This document shows, in pieces, positions 29,010 to 38,482 of a DNA stretch of 64,000 nt. A program made the translations under genes and the position numbers. The stretch comes from an uncultured Acidobacteriota bacterium. Its GTDB lineage: Bacteria; Acidobacteriota; JAQAZP01. A model generated the notes under the pieces. It did not search any database, had not been told where the DNA came from, and saw nothing but the letters and a program-made list of their open reading frames with translations. How positions within the stretch are numbered: position 1 is the stretch's first letter; every line of letters starts with the position of its first letter. Where the stretch lies: contig CAWIIB010000009.1 of the NCBI GenBank assembly GCA_963836075.1, positions 3,040,001 through 3,104,000 of the forward strand, written 5' to 3'.

Positions 29010-29303
29010 ATGAAACATCTCAAGCCCCTGAACAAGCGGGCGATGAAACTGAGCGGCGACGAGGATCGCCCCGACGTCTTCGGCTACGCCTGCAGCATCT
29101 GCTGCACGGCCTGGGCCCCGGGCTGGGAGGTCGGGGAGTCGGGGAACGTGGACCCCTGCCCCTGGATGAGCGACCTGTCGCTCTGCTGGGTCACCTGCTA
29201 CTGGACCGGCCAGGTGGCCGACGACACGGCGGAACCCGACTGGCTCGACGACTGTTCCCTGGTCTCCGAAGACTGGGTCCGTATCTGCGTGGTCCCCGAC
29301 TGA
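29010..29303 (+). CDS. qhpC: QhpC-like precursor peptide, copy 2
   Basis: Same as copy 1 except loop GESGNVDP vs GDDPYPVDP and PDW vs PNW. Confidence 0.9.
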   Translation: MKHLKPLNKRAMKLSGDEDRPDVFGYACSICCTAWAPGWEVGESGNVDPCPWMSDLSLCWVTCYWTGQVADDTAEPDWLDDCSLVSEDWVRICVVPD

Positions 29304-29331
29304 TCACAGCGGCATATCCTGGAGGAAATCG

Positions 29332-30390
29332 ATGCAATCACGAAAAAGTTTCAGGATCCCGCGGGTCAGGGGACGATTCCCCGCCGTGTGGCTCTGCGCG
29401 TGCCTGCTGCTCACCCTGGCGGCGGCACCCGCTCTTGCGGGACAGCGCACCATCTTCGCCGGGGGCAACCACATCATGGTCATCGACGAGGCAACCATGA
29501 ACGTGTTGGGCCAGATCCCGGTGCAGAAACATATCCACCAGCTGGTGGTGGACCAGGCCCGCGAACGGCTTTACGCCGCGCACAGCGGCGGGGTGGAGAT
29601 CTTCAACGCCCGGTCTTACGCCTCGCTGGGCTTCTTTGCCGAGGACCCGGCCCGGCGGCTGGAGCTGAGCGCCGACGGCAATACGCTCTACGCCCTGACC
29701 CACCCGATCCTGGTCAACGCCGACGGGCAGAAGCACGCCGGTGAATACGCGATCCAGATCATCGACCTGGTGCAGAGCAAGGTCAGCGGCTCGGTGAACC
29801 TGGGCTACGATATCTTTGACGCGGTGGTGGACCCGGTCAACGGCAAGGTGTTCGCCATGAAACGGTTCGACCGTTCGCTTTCCGTGCACAGCCTGGCCGA
29901 GGGCAAGCGGGTGGCCACGGTGAACGTGGCTTCGAACTTCGACCCGATGAAGGTCAACCTGCTGCACTTCATGTCCTCGAGCCCCGACGGGCAGCACCTC
30001 TACGTGCCGCAGCACGGGGCATCGGCCTGTGTCTTCGACGTGGATACCCAGTCCGGCGCGTCGCGGCCCATCGACCTCGGCGGCGAGTATTTCATCCGCG
30101 ACTCCCAGGTCTCGCCCGACGGGCGGAGCCTCTTCCTGCTCACTGCCGACCAGGTGATGGTGGTGGACACGGTGGGTCGGAGGGTGGCGGCCTCCGCGCC
30201 GCTGGAGGAGGTCTACATCGGCCTCGACCTCAGTGCCGACGGCTCCCGGGCCTACCTCAGCAACCCGCTGCACGGGGACGGCAGCGCCGGCAACCTGCTG
30301 GTGCTCGACGCCCGCTCACTCAAGGAGAGGGGGATGGTGGCGACCCCCGGCTTGTCCCTGTTCACGGCAGCTGCCTTCGAGCGTGACTGA
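29332..30390 (+). CDS. QhpB-like beta-propeller, copy 2
   Basis: Translation appears identical to copy 1. Confidence 0.75.
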   Translation: MQSRKSFRIPRVRGRFPAVWLCACLLLTLAAAPALAGQRTIFAGGNHIMVIDEATMNVLGQIPVQKHIHQLVVDQARERLYAAHSGGVEIFNARSYASLGFFAEDPARRLELSADGNTLYALTHPILVNADGQKHAGEYAIQIIDLVQSKVSGSVNLGYDIFDAVVDPVNGKVFAMKRFDRSLSVHSLAEGKRVATVNVASNFDPMKVNLLHFMSSSPDGQHLYVPQHGASACVFDVDTQSGASRPIDLGGEYFIRDSQVSPDGRSLFLLTADQVMVVDTVGRRVAASAPLEEVYIGLDLSADGSRAYLSNPLHGDGSAGNLLVLDARSLKERGMVATPGLSLFTAAAFERD

Positions 30391-30411
30391 AGTTAGGAAG
30401 GAAAGAAGATC

Positions 30412-32799
30412 ATGAGCACTTGTTCCAAACGATTTCTGACCGTCCTGCTCACGCTGTGGGCGGTGGGGGCGCTCTGCGTCGTCCCGGCCCAGGCCGGGTT
30501 CGAAAAGATCGTTCTCGACGGCGGCGTGAACGGACCGAAGTCCATCCAGGTGGTGGACCTTGACGGGGTCAACGGCCTCGACATGGTGGCGGTCCACACC
30601 TTTGACGACCGGGTGGTGTGGTACGAGAATAGCGGAACCGAGTTTTTTACCATGCATGTGATCGGCACGATGAGCAACCCCTCGTCGGTGGCCGTGGGTG
30701 ACCTGAACAACGACGGGTCTCTCGACCTGGTGGTGACCAGTTTCTACGCCGGTTCCGAAAACTGGTATATCTCCTACTACCTCAACGACGGCAGCGAGAA
30801 CTTCACCCAGCACACTATCGACACCATCCTCGACGGCGCGGAAGAAGTGGTGCTGGCCCATCTCGACAGCGGCACCAGCCTCGATATCGCGGTGGTGGGC
30901 TACGAAGCGGATGCCGTGGCCTGGTATGAGAGCGACGGTGCGGCAACGCCGAACTTCACCCGCCAGATCATCGCCACCGACAAGGTGCACTCCGAGTCCA
31001 TCGACGCCGCGGACCTCGACGGCGACGGTGACATCGACCTGGTGACTTCCGCTTTCTACGACAACGAGATCCTCTGGTGGGAAAACTCCGGCGGCGCTTC
31101 GCCGACCTTCACCGAACACGTGGCCTCGGGCCTGGTCAGCGGCCCCAAGGACGTGGGTTTCGCCAATGTCGACGGCGACGGCGACCTGGACATCGTGGCC
31201 GTCTCCTTTTTCGATGACGAGGTGGTCTGGTTGGAGAACAACGGCCTCGAAACCTTCACCACCATCGTGGCCGGCGCCACGGCGCGCGGCCCGGTGGCCG
31301 TGCACGCCGCCGACCGCAACGGCGACACCTTCATCGACCTGGTGGTGGGCTGCTTCGACGGCGACGAGGTAGATTCATTCACCAACGACGGCCTGGAGAA
31401 CTTCACCATGGCCGTCGTCGACCCCGCCCTGGGCGGTGCCGAGTCGCCGGTGGTGGTGGACCTGGACCAGGACGGCGAGACCGACCTGGTGGCCGCCGGC
31501 TTCTATGACGACAACATCGTCTGGTATGTCAACAAGTCCATCTTCTTTGACGGCTACACCTTCGACGACACCGCCGGCGGCAACGGCGACGGCAACCCCG
31601 ACCCGGGCGAGACCATCACCCTGGTGCTGGACATCCGCAACGAGGGGGATGGCACCCTCACCGGCGTCTCTGGCCAGCTGGACTCCAACCTGCCCGGCTA
31701 CCTGACCTGGATCCACGACACCGCCAGCTATCCCGACATCCCGGCGGCGAGCAGCGCCTCGAGCAACTCACCGCACTTCAAGTTCAGCCTGGCCCAGGAC
31801 ACCCCCTGTGGCCAGGGGATCACCTTCACCTTTGACATGTTCTCCGACCAGGACAACGGCGGCTCCGGTTTCGGCATGACCGTGGGCGGGATCATCGACG
31901 ACATGGAAAGCGGCGAAGGCGACTGGACCCACTATGCGTACGCCGGAACCGACGACTGGGCCATCGTGACCCTGGCCCAGGCCCACAGTCCGACCCAGGC
32001 CTGGTACGGTTCTGATGTCGGTGAGATCACGGACAAAAGTCTGGTGACCTCAACGGTGAACGTCACCGGATCCGCGCTGTTCAGCTTCTGGCAGACCTAC
32101 AATTTCGAAGGCGGCTGGGACGGCGGCGTGATCGAAATCTCCACCGATGGCGGGACAAACTGGGCCGACATCGGCGGCCTGGTCACTTCGGGCAACGGCT
32201 ACAACTCCACGCTGAACACCGGCTACAACAACCCGCTGGAAGGCCGTGACGCCTGGTCCGGCGGCACCATCGGCACCATGGAAGAAGTCGTTGTGGATCT
32301 CACCACCTATCTGGGCGAGACGGCGAACATCCGCTTCCGCATCGGTTGTGACAGCATCCAGGGCGATGTGGGCTGGTATATCGACGACGTGACCCTCGAT
32401 GACTGCCAGGTCTACCAGGGCTCCACCATGGACTGCGACTACACCATCACGCCGCTGAGCGGCACCGTGCCGTTCCTGACGGTGCACCGCATCACCCTGT
32501 TCAACAACCTGGCCGGCAGCGCGGTCTACACGCGGCGGATCTCCGGGCGGATCGCGGTGACCATCGCCAACGGCACCACCTACAACCCCTGGCGTGCCGG
32601 TTACACCAATATCGCGCCGTCCAGCACTTACTACAACCAGTTCCCGGTGAACTTCCCCGGGCTGCCAACGGTGCTGGGGGACAACACCTTCGTCCTCAAT
32701 GCCATGGACGTCACACCGGTGCCCTACAACCAGCCGCCCTATCCGCCGTCCGGCGATACGTGCACCACCACCAACGTGGTCAATGCGCACGCGCCTTAG
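30412..32799 (+). CDS. Secreted FG-GAP/VCBS repeat protein, copy 2
   Basis: Near-identical termini, diverged interior relative to copy 1. Confidence 0.8.
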   Translation: MSTCSKRFLTVLLTLWAVGALCVVPAQAGFEKIVLDGGVNGPKSIQVVDLDGVNGLDMVAVHTFDDRVVWYENSGTEFFTMHVIGTMSNPSSVAVGDLNNDGSLDLVVTSFYAGSENWYISYYLNDGSENFTQHTIDTILDGAEEVVLAHLDSGTSLDIAVVGYEADAVAWYESDGAATPNFTRQIIATDKVHSESIDAADLDGDGDIDLVTSAFYDNEILWWENSGGASPTFTEHVASGLVSGPKDVGFANVDGDGDLDIVAVSFFDDEVVWLENNGLETFTTIVAGATARGPVAVHAADRNGDTFIDLVVGCFDGDEVDSFTNDGLENFTMAVVDPALGGAESPVVVDLDQDGETDLVAAGFYDDNIVWYVNKSIFFDGYTFDDTAGGNGDGNPDPGETITLVLDIRNEGDGTLTGVSGQLDSNLPGYLTWIHDTASYPDIPAASSASSNSPHFKFSLAQDTPCGQGITFTFDMFSDQDNGGSGFGMTVGGIIDDMESGEGDWTHYAYAGTDDWAIVTLAQAHSPTQAWYGSDVGEITDKSLVTSTVNVTGSALFSFWQTYNFEGGWDGGVIEISTDGGTNWADIGGLVTSGNGYNSTLNTGYNNPLEGRDAWSGGTIGTMEEVVVDLTTYLGETANIRFRIGCDSIQGDVGWYIDDVTLDDCQVYQGSTMDCDYTITPLSGTVPFLTVHRITLFNNLAGSAVYTRRISGRIAVTIANGTTYNPWRAGYTNIAPSSTYYNQFPVNFPGLPTVLGDNTFVLNAMDVTPVPYNQPPYPPSGDTCTTTNVVNAHAP

Positions 32800-32826
32800 A
32801 AGCCGGCGGTAACTTCGGTACACACC

Positions 32827-32858
32827 AGGCCCCCGGGAGCGATCCCGGGGGCCTTTTT
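32827..32858 (+). terminator. Intrinsic terminator of cassette 2
   Basis: Identical hairpin and U-tract to 27718-27749. Confidence 0.9.
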
Positions 32859-32993
32859 ACATGCGTTCAATCCCAGTGGCAGAGCATGGAATGAGTATTT
32901 TCGGTCAGGTCTGGACATCTATCCTGCATTCCGGTGACGTTGGAGCCCTTCGCGACCGGAGCCGGATGCAGGATAGATATCCAGACGCTGCAG

Positions 32994-33455
32994 CTACTCC
33001 TCCGGGTTCACCTGGACCAGCTGGATGTCGGTGTCGGCCAGCAGGCGCTGCATGATCTCGATCTTGTAGGGCTTGATGTAGTGGATGCGGTTGATTCCAA
33101 CATTGATCAACACCTTGCCGCAGTGGTAGCAGGGGGAGTGGGTGATGTAGATGTCGGCCCCGCGGATGGCGGTGCCGTTGGAAGCCGCCTGGGCTATGGC
33201 GTTGATCTCGGAGTGGATGGTGCGGAAGCAGTTCTCCTCCTCGGCGCCGTCCGGGTCCGTGGAGTGGTAGATCAGGCAGCCCACGTCGTCACAGTGGGGC
33301 TGGCCGGAGGGTGAGCCGTTGTATCCGGTGGCCAGTATCGAGCGGTTCCTGACCAGTACCGATCCCACCGCGGCCCGGGGACAGGTGGACCGTTCGGCCA
33401 CCTGAAGGGCGATTCTCATGAAGTAGCGATCCCAGTCCAGTCTCCCTCGGCTCAC
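32994..33455 (-). CDS. dCMP deaminase (ComEB family)
   Basis: WDRYFM.IA..VAERSTC, ATGYNG, TIHSEINA, SPCYHC. Confidence 0.9.
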   Translation of the reverse strand: MSRGRLDWDRYFMRIALQVAERSTCPRAAVGSVLVRNRSILATGYNGSPSGQPHCDDVGCLIYHSTDPDGAEEENCFRTIHSEINAIAQAASNGTAIRGADIYITHSPCYHCGKVLINVGINRIHYIKPYKIEIMQRLLADTDIQLVQVNPEE

Positions 33456-33492
33456 GTCGTCATCCCTCCATGTCTGGATAGCCGGTTCGATT

Positions 33493-35124
33493 TCAGTGCA
33501 GGGTCCCGGCGGTGTCGCTCCACTGGTTGCCGATGCGGTCCACCACCTCCTGCAGTGCGTCCGGCAGATTTTCAGCTCGCGCCTTCATTGTATCAGCGCT
33601 GTTTTCTTCTATCCAATCCGCGGCCGCGGTCATCAGCTGGAACTGGGAACGGGTGGAGGCCCGGCGCACCAGGTCCTCGTCGCCCGGTTTACGCCCCCGC
33701 ACCAGTGTGGCCAGCGCGCCGGCCATCCGGCCGGTGAGCGGGACCAGGACCTCCATCCGCGGGTCCTCGAAGCGGAAATCCCAGCCGAACCCGGCGGTGG
33801 ACCGGCGCACCAGGCCGTCGGCCATGGCCTTGCGGAAGATGGGGGTGAACTCATTGTAGAGGGTCAGCCGGGAGCCCACCGAGATGGCGGTGCGCAGGAA
33901 CGGGGCCTCCTGCTCGATAATCTCCAGGTTCTCCCGCAGCTCTTCCAGGCGGCACCAGGGGTGCAGCAGGATCAGCCCGTGGCCGCGGTAGCCTTCCACC
34001 GCCTGCGGGCCGAATCTCTGATGCAGGCCGCGCAGGATGCGGCAGGCCTCGATGTTCTCCTCCACCGTGGCCCCCTTGTTGAAGATGTCCAGGTGGCGCT
34101 GGACAAAGCTCTCGAACCCCAGCTGCATGATCTGCATCCTGCCCCCGGTGGCCGAGAGGCGGGTGATGCACCGCTCCAGAAGTTCCCGGTGACGAACCAG
34201 CAGCGCCGGTGTGGAGCGGATATAGAGCCGGGCCGGAGCGACCCCCTGGTCAATTGCCTTGTTCACCAGCGGCTCGAGAAAGCGGAAGGGGTTTTCGCTC
34301 TGGATGTAGACGTCACTGGTCTTCCACTGTTCTCTCAGGTGAAGCGCCTGTTCCAGCACCAGGTCCACCGTTTCGTCCACCGGCAGGAGGCGGGTCTCCT
34401 GGTTGCGGAAGACGCAGAAACTGCAGCCCCGGGACCCCGTCTCGATCTGTCGGGTCAACGCCTGCCGGGCCCGGGGAAGCAAGCTGGGATCGTTCAGCAC
34501 CGGGTGCGGGGGCAGGTTCCGGAACAGTTCGTTCTGTGCCGCGGGGCGGGCATAGTGGCACCCGAACTCGGGTACCACCGCGGGGAGCTTCAGCGAGACA
34601 CCACGGCTCCTGCCGGGGCCGACATAGGTCCAACGGAACTCCGGGCGATAGGGCAGGATCTCGGCACGCACATCCCACACACCGTCAATTCCGCTGTGGT
34701 CCACCTTGCCCCCGGGCACTCTGTGGAACAGACCGGGGACCTGGTCCAGCGTCCCCTTGCCGCACAGGGCACTGACCAGGGCCAGGATCGCCCGTCTCCC
34801 CGGCCCCACCACGGCGTATTCCGCCGGGCTGTGCAGAAAGAGGGTCAGGGCATTCACACCGCCCAGCAGCATCGGCGTCTTCCCCAGCTCACCCTTGATC
34901 CGCCGCACCGCCTGCAGCGGGAAGATCGACTCCAGGGCCACCAGGTCGAGTTGTTTTTCCCGGGCAATGGACGGGATACGCTCCGCCTCGGCGATATTGA
35001 CGAGGTAGGGGTGGCACTCCACCCCGGCATCGCGCAAGTCGTTGACAAATAGGCACATGCCGAGGTGAGGCGGTGTGTCCGGGTAGAGAAGTTCGCAGGC
35101 GAAAAGCCCGATTTTGAGCGGCAT
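33493..35124 (-). CDS. Atypical radical SAM protein with a B12-binding-like N-terminus and a split Cys motif
   Basis: LLGG...AEYAVVGPG; GC-x44-GCSFC; LGFESF....L..FNKG.T.E.N; GLIL.HPW; start ATG 35124. Confidence 0.7.
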   Translation of the reverse strand: MPLKIGLFACELLYPDTPPHLGMCLFVNDLRDAGVECHPYLVNIAEAERIPSIAREKQLDLVALESIFPLQAVRRIKGELGKTPMLLGGVNALTLFLHSPAEYAVVGPGRRAILALVSALCGKGTLDQVPGLFHRVPGGKVDHSGIDGVWDVRAEILPYRPEFRWTYVGPGRSRGVSLKLPAVVPEFGCHYARPAAQNELFRNLPPHPVLNDPSLLPRARQALTRQIETGSRGCSFCVFRNQETRLLPVDETVDLVLEQALHLREQWKTSDVYIQSENPFRFLEPLVNKAIDQGVAPARLYIRSTPALLVRHRELLERCITRLSATGGRMQIMQLGFESFVQRHLDIFNKGATVEENIEACRILRGLHQRFGPQAVEGYRGHGLILLHPWCRLEELRENLEIIEQEAPFLRTAISVGSRLTLYNEFTPIFRKAMADGLVRRSTAGFGWDFRFEDPRMEVLVPLTGRMAGALATLVRGRKPGDEDLVRRASTRSQFQLMTAAADWIEENSADTMKARAENLPDALQEVVDRIGNQWSDTAGTLH

Positions 35125-35359
35125 CTGGATCTCCGCTGAGCAGCACTGAAATCGGACCGGGGGACCGGCCGCGGGCGGTGCAGAGTATAGCACATCGTAA
35201 CCGGGGGAGAGCGGAGGTCATGCTGGGGAGCAATGATCGCCAAATTCCGGATCAATTTGTTGGGCATCGAAAAGATAAGTTTTTGTCTTAAAACATGTTC
35301 GACAGCCTCTCGCGCAATCGCAGAAATAAAGTAATTGTTGATTCTCCAGGAGAATTGCC

Positions 35360-35388
35360 TTGCTCGACAGGATACCGGGGGCTATAAT
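35360..35388 (+). promoter_or_regulatory. Sigma70-type promoter of the main qhp-like operon
   Basis: TTGCTC-N17-TATAAT. Confidence 0.65.
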
Positions 35389-35612
35389 ACCGAGGCATAT
35401 GTGTGTTCAGTTTCATGATGATCTGTGGTTTGAGCTGCAGGTATTTCTTTTCGAGTTGCAGCCATGAGAGCGCTTGTCCCCGGAGAGTTCCAGCAATACC
35501 GGGTGGTGACGCTGATGTGTCGGTTTATCCGGCGCAACCGCGGCACTTTGGTGTCTGGTTCCCGGTCCTGGGCAAGCACATTGCCGCATGGCGTCAGGAG
35601 GAGGTGCCAGGG

Positions 35613-36527
35613 ATGAAGGAACGGATCTGTTTGCTGAGCCGGATGGCCCCGATACTGGGAGTCATTCTGGCGGCGGCCGTACTTGCTTTCGGGCCATTGG
35701 CCGTGGAGTGTCCCGCGGAGGGCTTCGGGGCCTCGACCGCGCCCACCGTGGCGTTGAGCACCCAGGCGCCGGTGGCGCCGCTGCCCAACGCGCCCGACTG
35801 GGTATATTACGTCGACGGCTTCGCCCCGGGACAGGATGTCTGGGTTGCCGTGCCGTCGGTGGCCAACGGGCACGATCTCTCCGGGTCGACGGCCCGGGTC
35901 TACATCATGCCCCACCGCGCACCGGAGTCATGGACCAACGGGTCCCGGCTGCTCGACATCAGCGGCGGGTATGAGATGATCACCATCCAGCCGGGGAAGC
36001 CGTTCGACAACTACCTGATGATCTGGTCCGGCCCTTCGCGCGTGGGGACCTACGACATCATCCTCGACCTCGAGCCCTACGGCACCTTTCAGCGTGACAC
36101 CGACCTGGTGGACCACGGCGGCAAGACCGGCATCCCCGGTTTCGCCATTCTCGGCGCGGGCAGTGTCGACTACCTGATGATCACTCCTGACACGGGGTTC
36201 ATGGGCAAAGTCTGCACGCGGATCTTCGGCGTGGGCCCCTATCCCGGCGCCCTGCCCGAAGGCGTCGAGTTTTTCGTGGCCACCGGCTGGAACAACGGTG
36301 CCAACGGCACACCCGAGAGCGGCGGCGGCGACGACGTGAACCTGGGGCCGGTGAGTGCCGAATGGTCGACCACCTTGGCCCAGGAGGTGGGCCGGATCAA
36401 CGAACTCAACGGCGTCTACTCCACCGGCGAGATTACCGGCGACGGCGACGTGATGGCCACCTATCCCGGTGCCACCGGAGACAGCGTGCCCATTAACACC
36501 ACCGCTCCCACGTGGGTCAGGGACTGA
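35613..36527 (+). CDS. Heme-less QhpA-like protein, paralogue 3
   Basis: Homologous along its length to copies 1 and 2; GWNNGANGTPESGGGDDVNLGPVSAEWS...VGRINE..G...GDVMATY...TAPTW; no CxxCH; GGAGGAGG RBS. Confidence 0.65.
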   Translation: MKERICLLSRMAPILGVILAAAVLAFGPLAVECPAEGFGASTAPTVALSTQAPVAPLPNAPDWVYYVDGFAPGQDVWVAVPSVANGHDLSGSTARVYIMPHRAPESWTNGSRLLDISGGYEMITIQPGKPFDNYLMIWSGPSRVGTYDIILDLEPYGTFQRDTDLVDHGGKTGIPGFAILGAGSVDYLMITPDTGFMGKVCTRIFGVGPYPGALPEGVEFFVATGWNNGANGTPESGGGDDVNLGPVSAEWSTTLAQEVGRINELNGVYSTGEITGDGDVMATYPGATGDSVPINTTAPTWVRD

Positions 36528-36567
36528 GCGGAGCGATCCGCCGCGGCGCAGGAGAGAAGGGACCGCA

Positions 36568-38025
36568 ATGACCGAACCGGGTGGCAGCGAAAAGGAACTG
36601 GCTTTGCGGGAGGTTCACGTCTTCCGCGAGCGGGAGCGCGATTTTCTGCTCTCGGTGCCCAACTGCGCCTTCTGGAACGTGGGTGACACGGCCGCGGCCA
36701 TGGTCCGCCAGATTTCCCGGGAAAAGAAGAAGTCGAACAGCTGGACGCGCACGGCGCTTCAGGACCGGTTCGGCGACGAGTACGGCCGGGAAGAGGTTGG
36801 CGAGATCGTGGACGAGCTGGCCGGTGTCGGTCTGCTCTACGAGAAGGCCGACGGCTCCACAGCTCCCGAGGCGGCTCCGGACCGCTTTCCCCGCTCGCCG
36901 CTGCAGATCGGTTCGCTGGTCTGCCACGTGGCCCACGACTGCAACCTCAACTGCTCCTACTGCTACGGTGGCGGCGGTTCCTACGGCGGCAAAACCGAGT
37001 TGATGACCGAGGAGATGGGGCTGCGCTACGTCGAGATGCTCTTTGCCAACTCCGGCCAGCTGGACAGCGTCCACATGACCTTTTTCGGCGGCGAGCCGCT
37101 GATGAACATGCCCGTGGTTCGAGCGGCAGTGGCCCGCGGCGAGGAGCTGGCCAAGGAGACCGGCAAGAAGATCACCTTCAGCCTGACCACCAACGGCACC
37201 CTGGTTACCCCGGAAATTGCCGGCTACCTGGACGAGCACCGTATCGGCGTCTCGCTCAGTCTCGACGGTCCGCCGGAGATCAACGACGCGGTGCGCGTGT
37301 TCAAGGACAGCGACGAGAGCACCTACGAAGCGGTTCGCAAGGTGATGTCCATGTTCCAGAAGGGCCGGCCGCTGGGCACCCGGGTCACCCTGACCCGCAA
37401 GTCGCTCGATGTGACCGGCATCGTGGACCACCTGCTGAAGATGGGCTTTTTCGAGGTCGGTGTCACCCCGGTGAACTGCGGTGACCCGGAGCTGGACTTC
37501 GACAAGGACGATCTCGAACGGTTCCACGAGGAGTGCTGTGCCATCGGTGATCTCTATCTCGAGCGGGCGAAGGCCGGAGGCTACTACGGTTTCTCCAACC
37601 TCTCCAACGTGCTGCGGCAGCTGCACACCGGCGAGGACAAGGCCTATCCCTGCGGAGCCGGTATCCAGCTTTACGCCGGCGACCCCTCGGGAGAACTCTT
37701 CATGTGCCACCGGCTGGTGGGTAACGAGAAGTACCGCGTGGGCGACGTGGATCAGGGTATCGATCACGACCGGCAGGCCGAGTTCCTGCGCCAGGTCAAC
37801 CTGGAAAACAAGGAGGGCTGCAGCGGTTGCTGGGCCCGTTACATCTGCAGCGGCGGCTGCTACTACATCTCGGAACTGCACTACGGGGACCCGTCCCGCA
37901 CTCACCACCTCTACTGCAGGTTTCTGCGCAAGTGGTACCAGGACGGCATCGGTCTCTACGCCGAGATCATGGAGAGCTGCCCGGAGTTTATCGCCAAGGT
38001 TCTCGAACCCCGCATCGTCTGCTGA
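36568..38025 (+). CDS. qhpD: QhpD-like radical SAM/SPASM peptide thioether-forming maturase
   Basis: N-terminal RRE-like region; CNLNCSYC; FFGGEPL; TTNGT; SLDGP; SPASM LH.G..KAYPCGAG...CHR...CSGCWARYICSGGC...C; located between alpha-like and gamma-like genes. Confidence 0.88.
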   Translation: MTEPGGSEKELALREVHVFRERERDFLLSVPNCAFWNVGDTAAAMVRQISREKKKSNSWTRTALQDRFGDEYGREEVGEIVDELAGVGLLYEKADGSTAPEAAPDRFPRSPLQIGSLVCHVAHDCNLNCSYCYGGGGSYGGKTELMTEEMGLRYVEMLFANSGQLDSVHMTFFGGEPLMNMPVVRAAVARGEELAKETGKKITFSLTTNGTLVTPEIAGYLDEHRIGVSLSLDGPPEINDAVRVFKDSDESTYEAVRKVMSMFQKGRPLGTRVTLTRKSLDVTGIVDHLLKMGFFEVGVTPVNCGDPELDFDKDDLERFHEECCAIGDLYLERAKAGGYYGFSNLSNVLRQLHTGEDKAYPCGAGIQLYAGDPSGELFMCHRLVGNEKYRVGDVDQGIDHDRQAEFLRQVNLENKEGCSGCWARYICSGGCYYISELHYGDPSRTHHLYCRFLRKWYQDGIGLYAEIMESCPEFIAKVLEPRIVC

Positions 38026-38115
38026 AAAAAATGCGCGGCGCCGGGTCTCGACAGATCAGATGTTCAGCTGCTCACGGTGGGAGAGCCGGGAGCGGCACTG
38101 GACGGGAGGACCAAG

Positions 38116-38409
38116 ATGAAGCACCTCAGACCAATGAATCGCAGAGCCAGGCAGGCTTCAGGCCTGGACGGACCGGATGTCTACGGGTATGCCTGCACCG
38201 ACTGCTGCACCGCCTGGGCACCGGGGTGGGAGACCGGCCAGTCGGGCAGCGTGGACCCCTGTCCCTGGGCCAGTGACCTCTACCTCTGCTGGGTGACCTG
38301 TTACTGGACAGGCCAGGTGGCGGACGACTACTGGGAGCCCAACTGGCTCGACGCCTGCGGACAGCTTGCCGAAGACTGGTACCGCATCTGCGTCGTGCCC
38401 GACAACTAG
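38116..38409 (+). CDS. qhpC: QhpC-like precursor peptide, paralogue 3
   Basis: GGAGG RBS; MKHLRPMNRRA...ACTDCCTAWAPGWE...DPCPWASDLYLCWVTCYWTGQVADD..EPNW...C....DW.RIC. Confidence 0.9.
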   Translation: MKHLRPMNRRARQASGLDGPDVYGYACTDCCTAWAPGWETGQSGSVDPCPWASDLYLCWVTCYWTGQVADDYWEPNWLDACGQLAEDWYRICVVPDN

Positions 38410-38482
38410 GGATCAGCTGCTGTTTGGGTGGTTGCGCCGGCACGGCCGGTGCGGAGTGCGACCCCACTTTCGGGAGGACATC

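Larger units (their letters stand above)
27895..32895 (+). repeat. ~5.0 kb tandem duplication, copy 2
   Basis: See copy 1; a ~100 nt unique spacer separates the copies. Confidence 0.95.

Noticed and set aside
22792-32895. Duplication as a pure assembly artefact or a mobile element
   Set aside because: The copies have frame-preserving, clustered divergence and different promoters. No transposase, integrase or terminal inverted repeats were seen. A haplotype artefact is not fully excluded.
35389-35612. Riboswitch in the long leader of the main qhp-like operon
   Set aside because: It has some short stems but no recognisable aptamer consensus or terminator.
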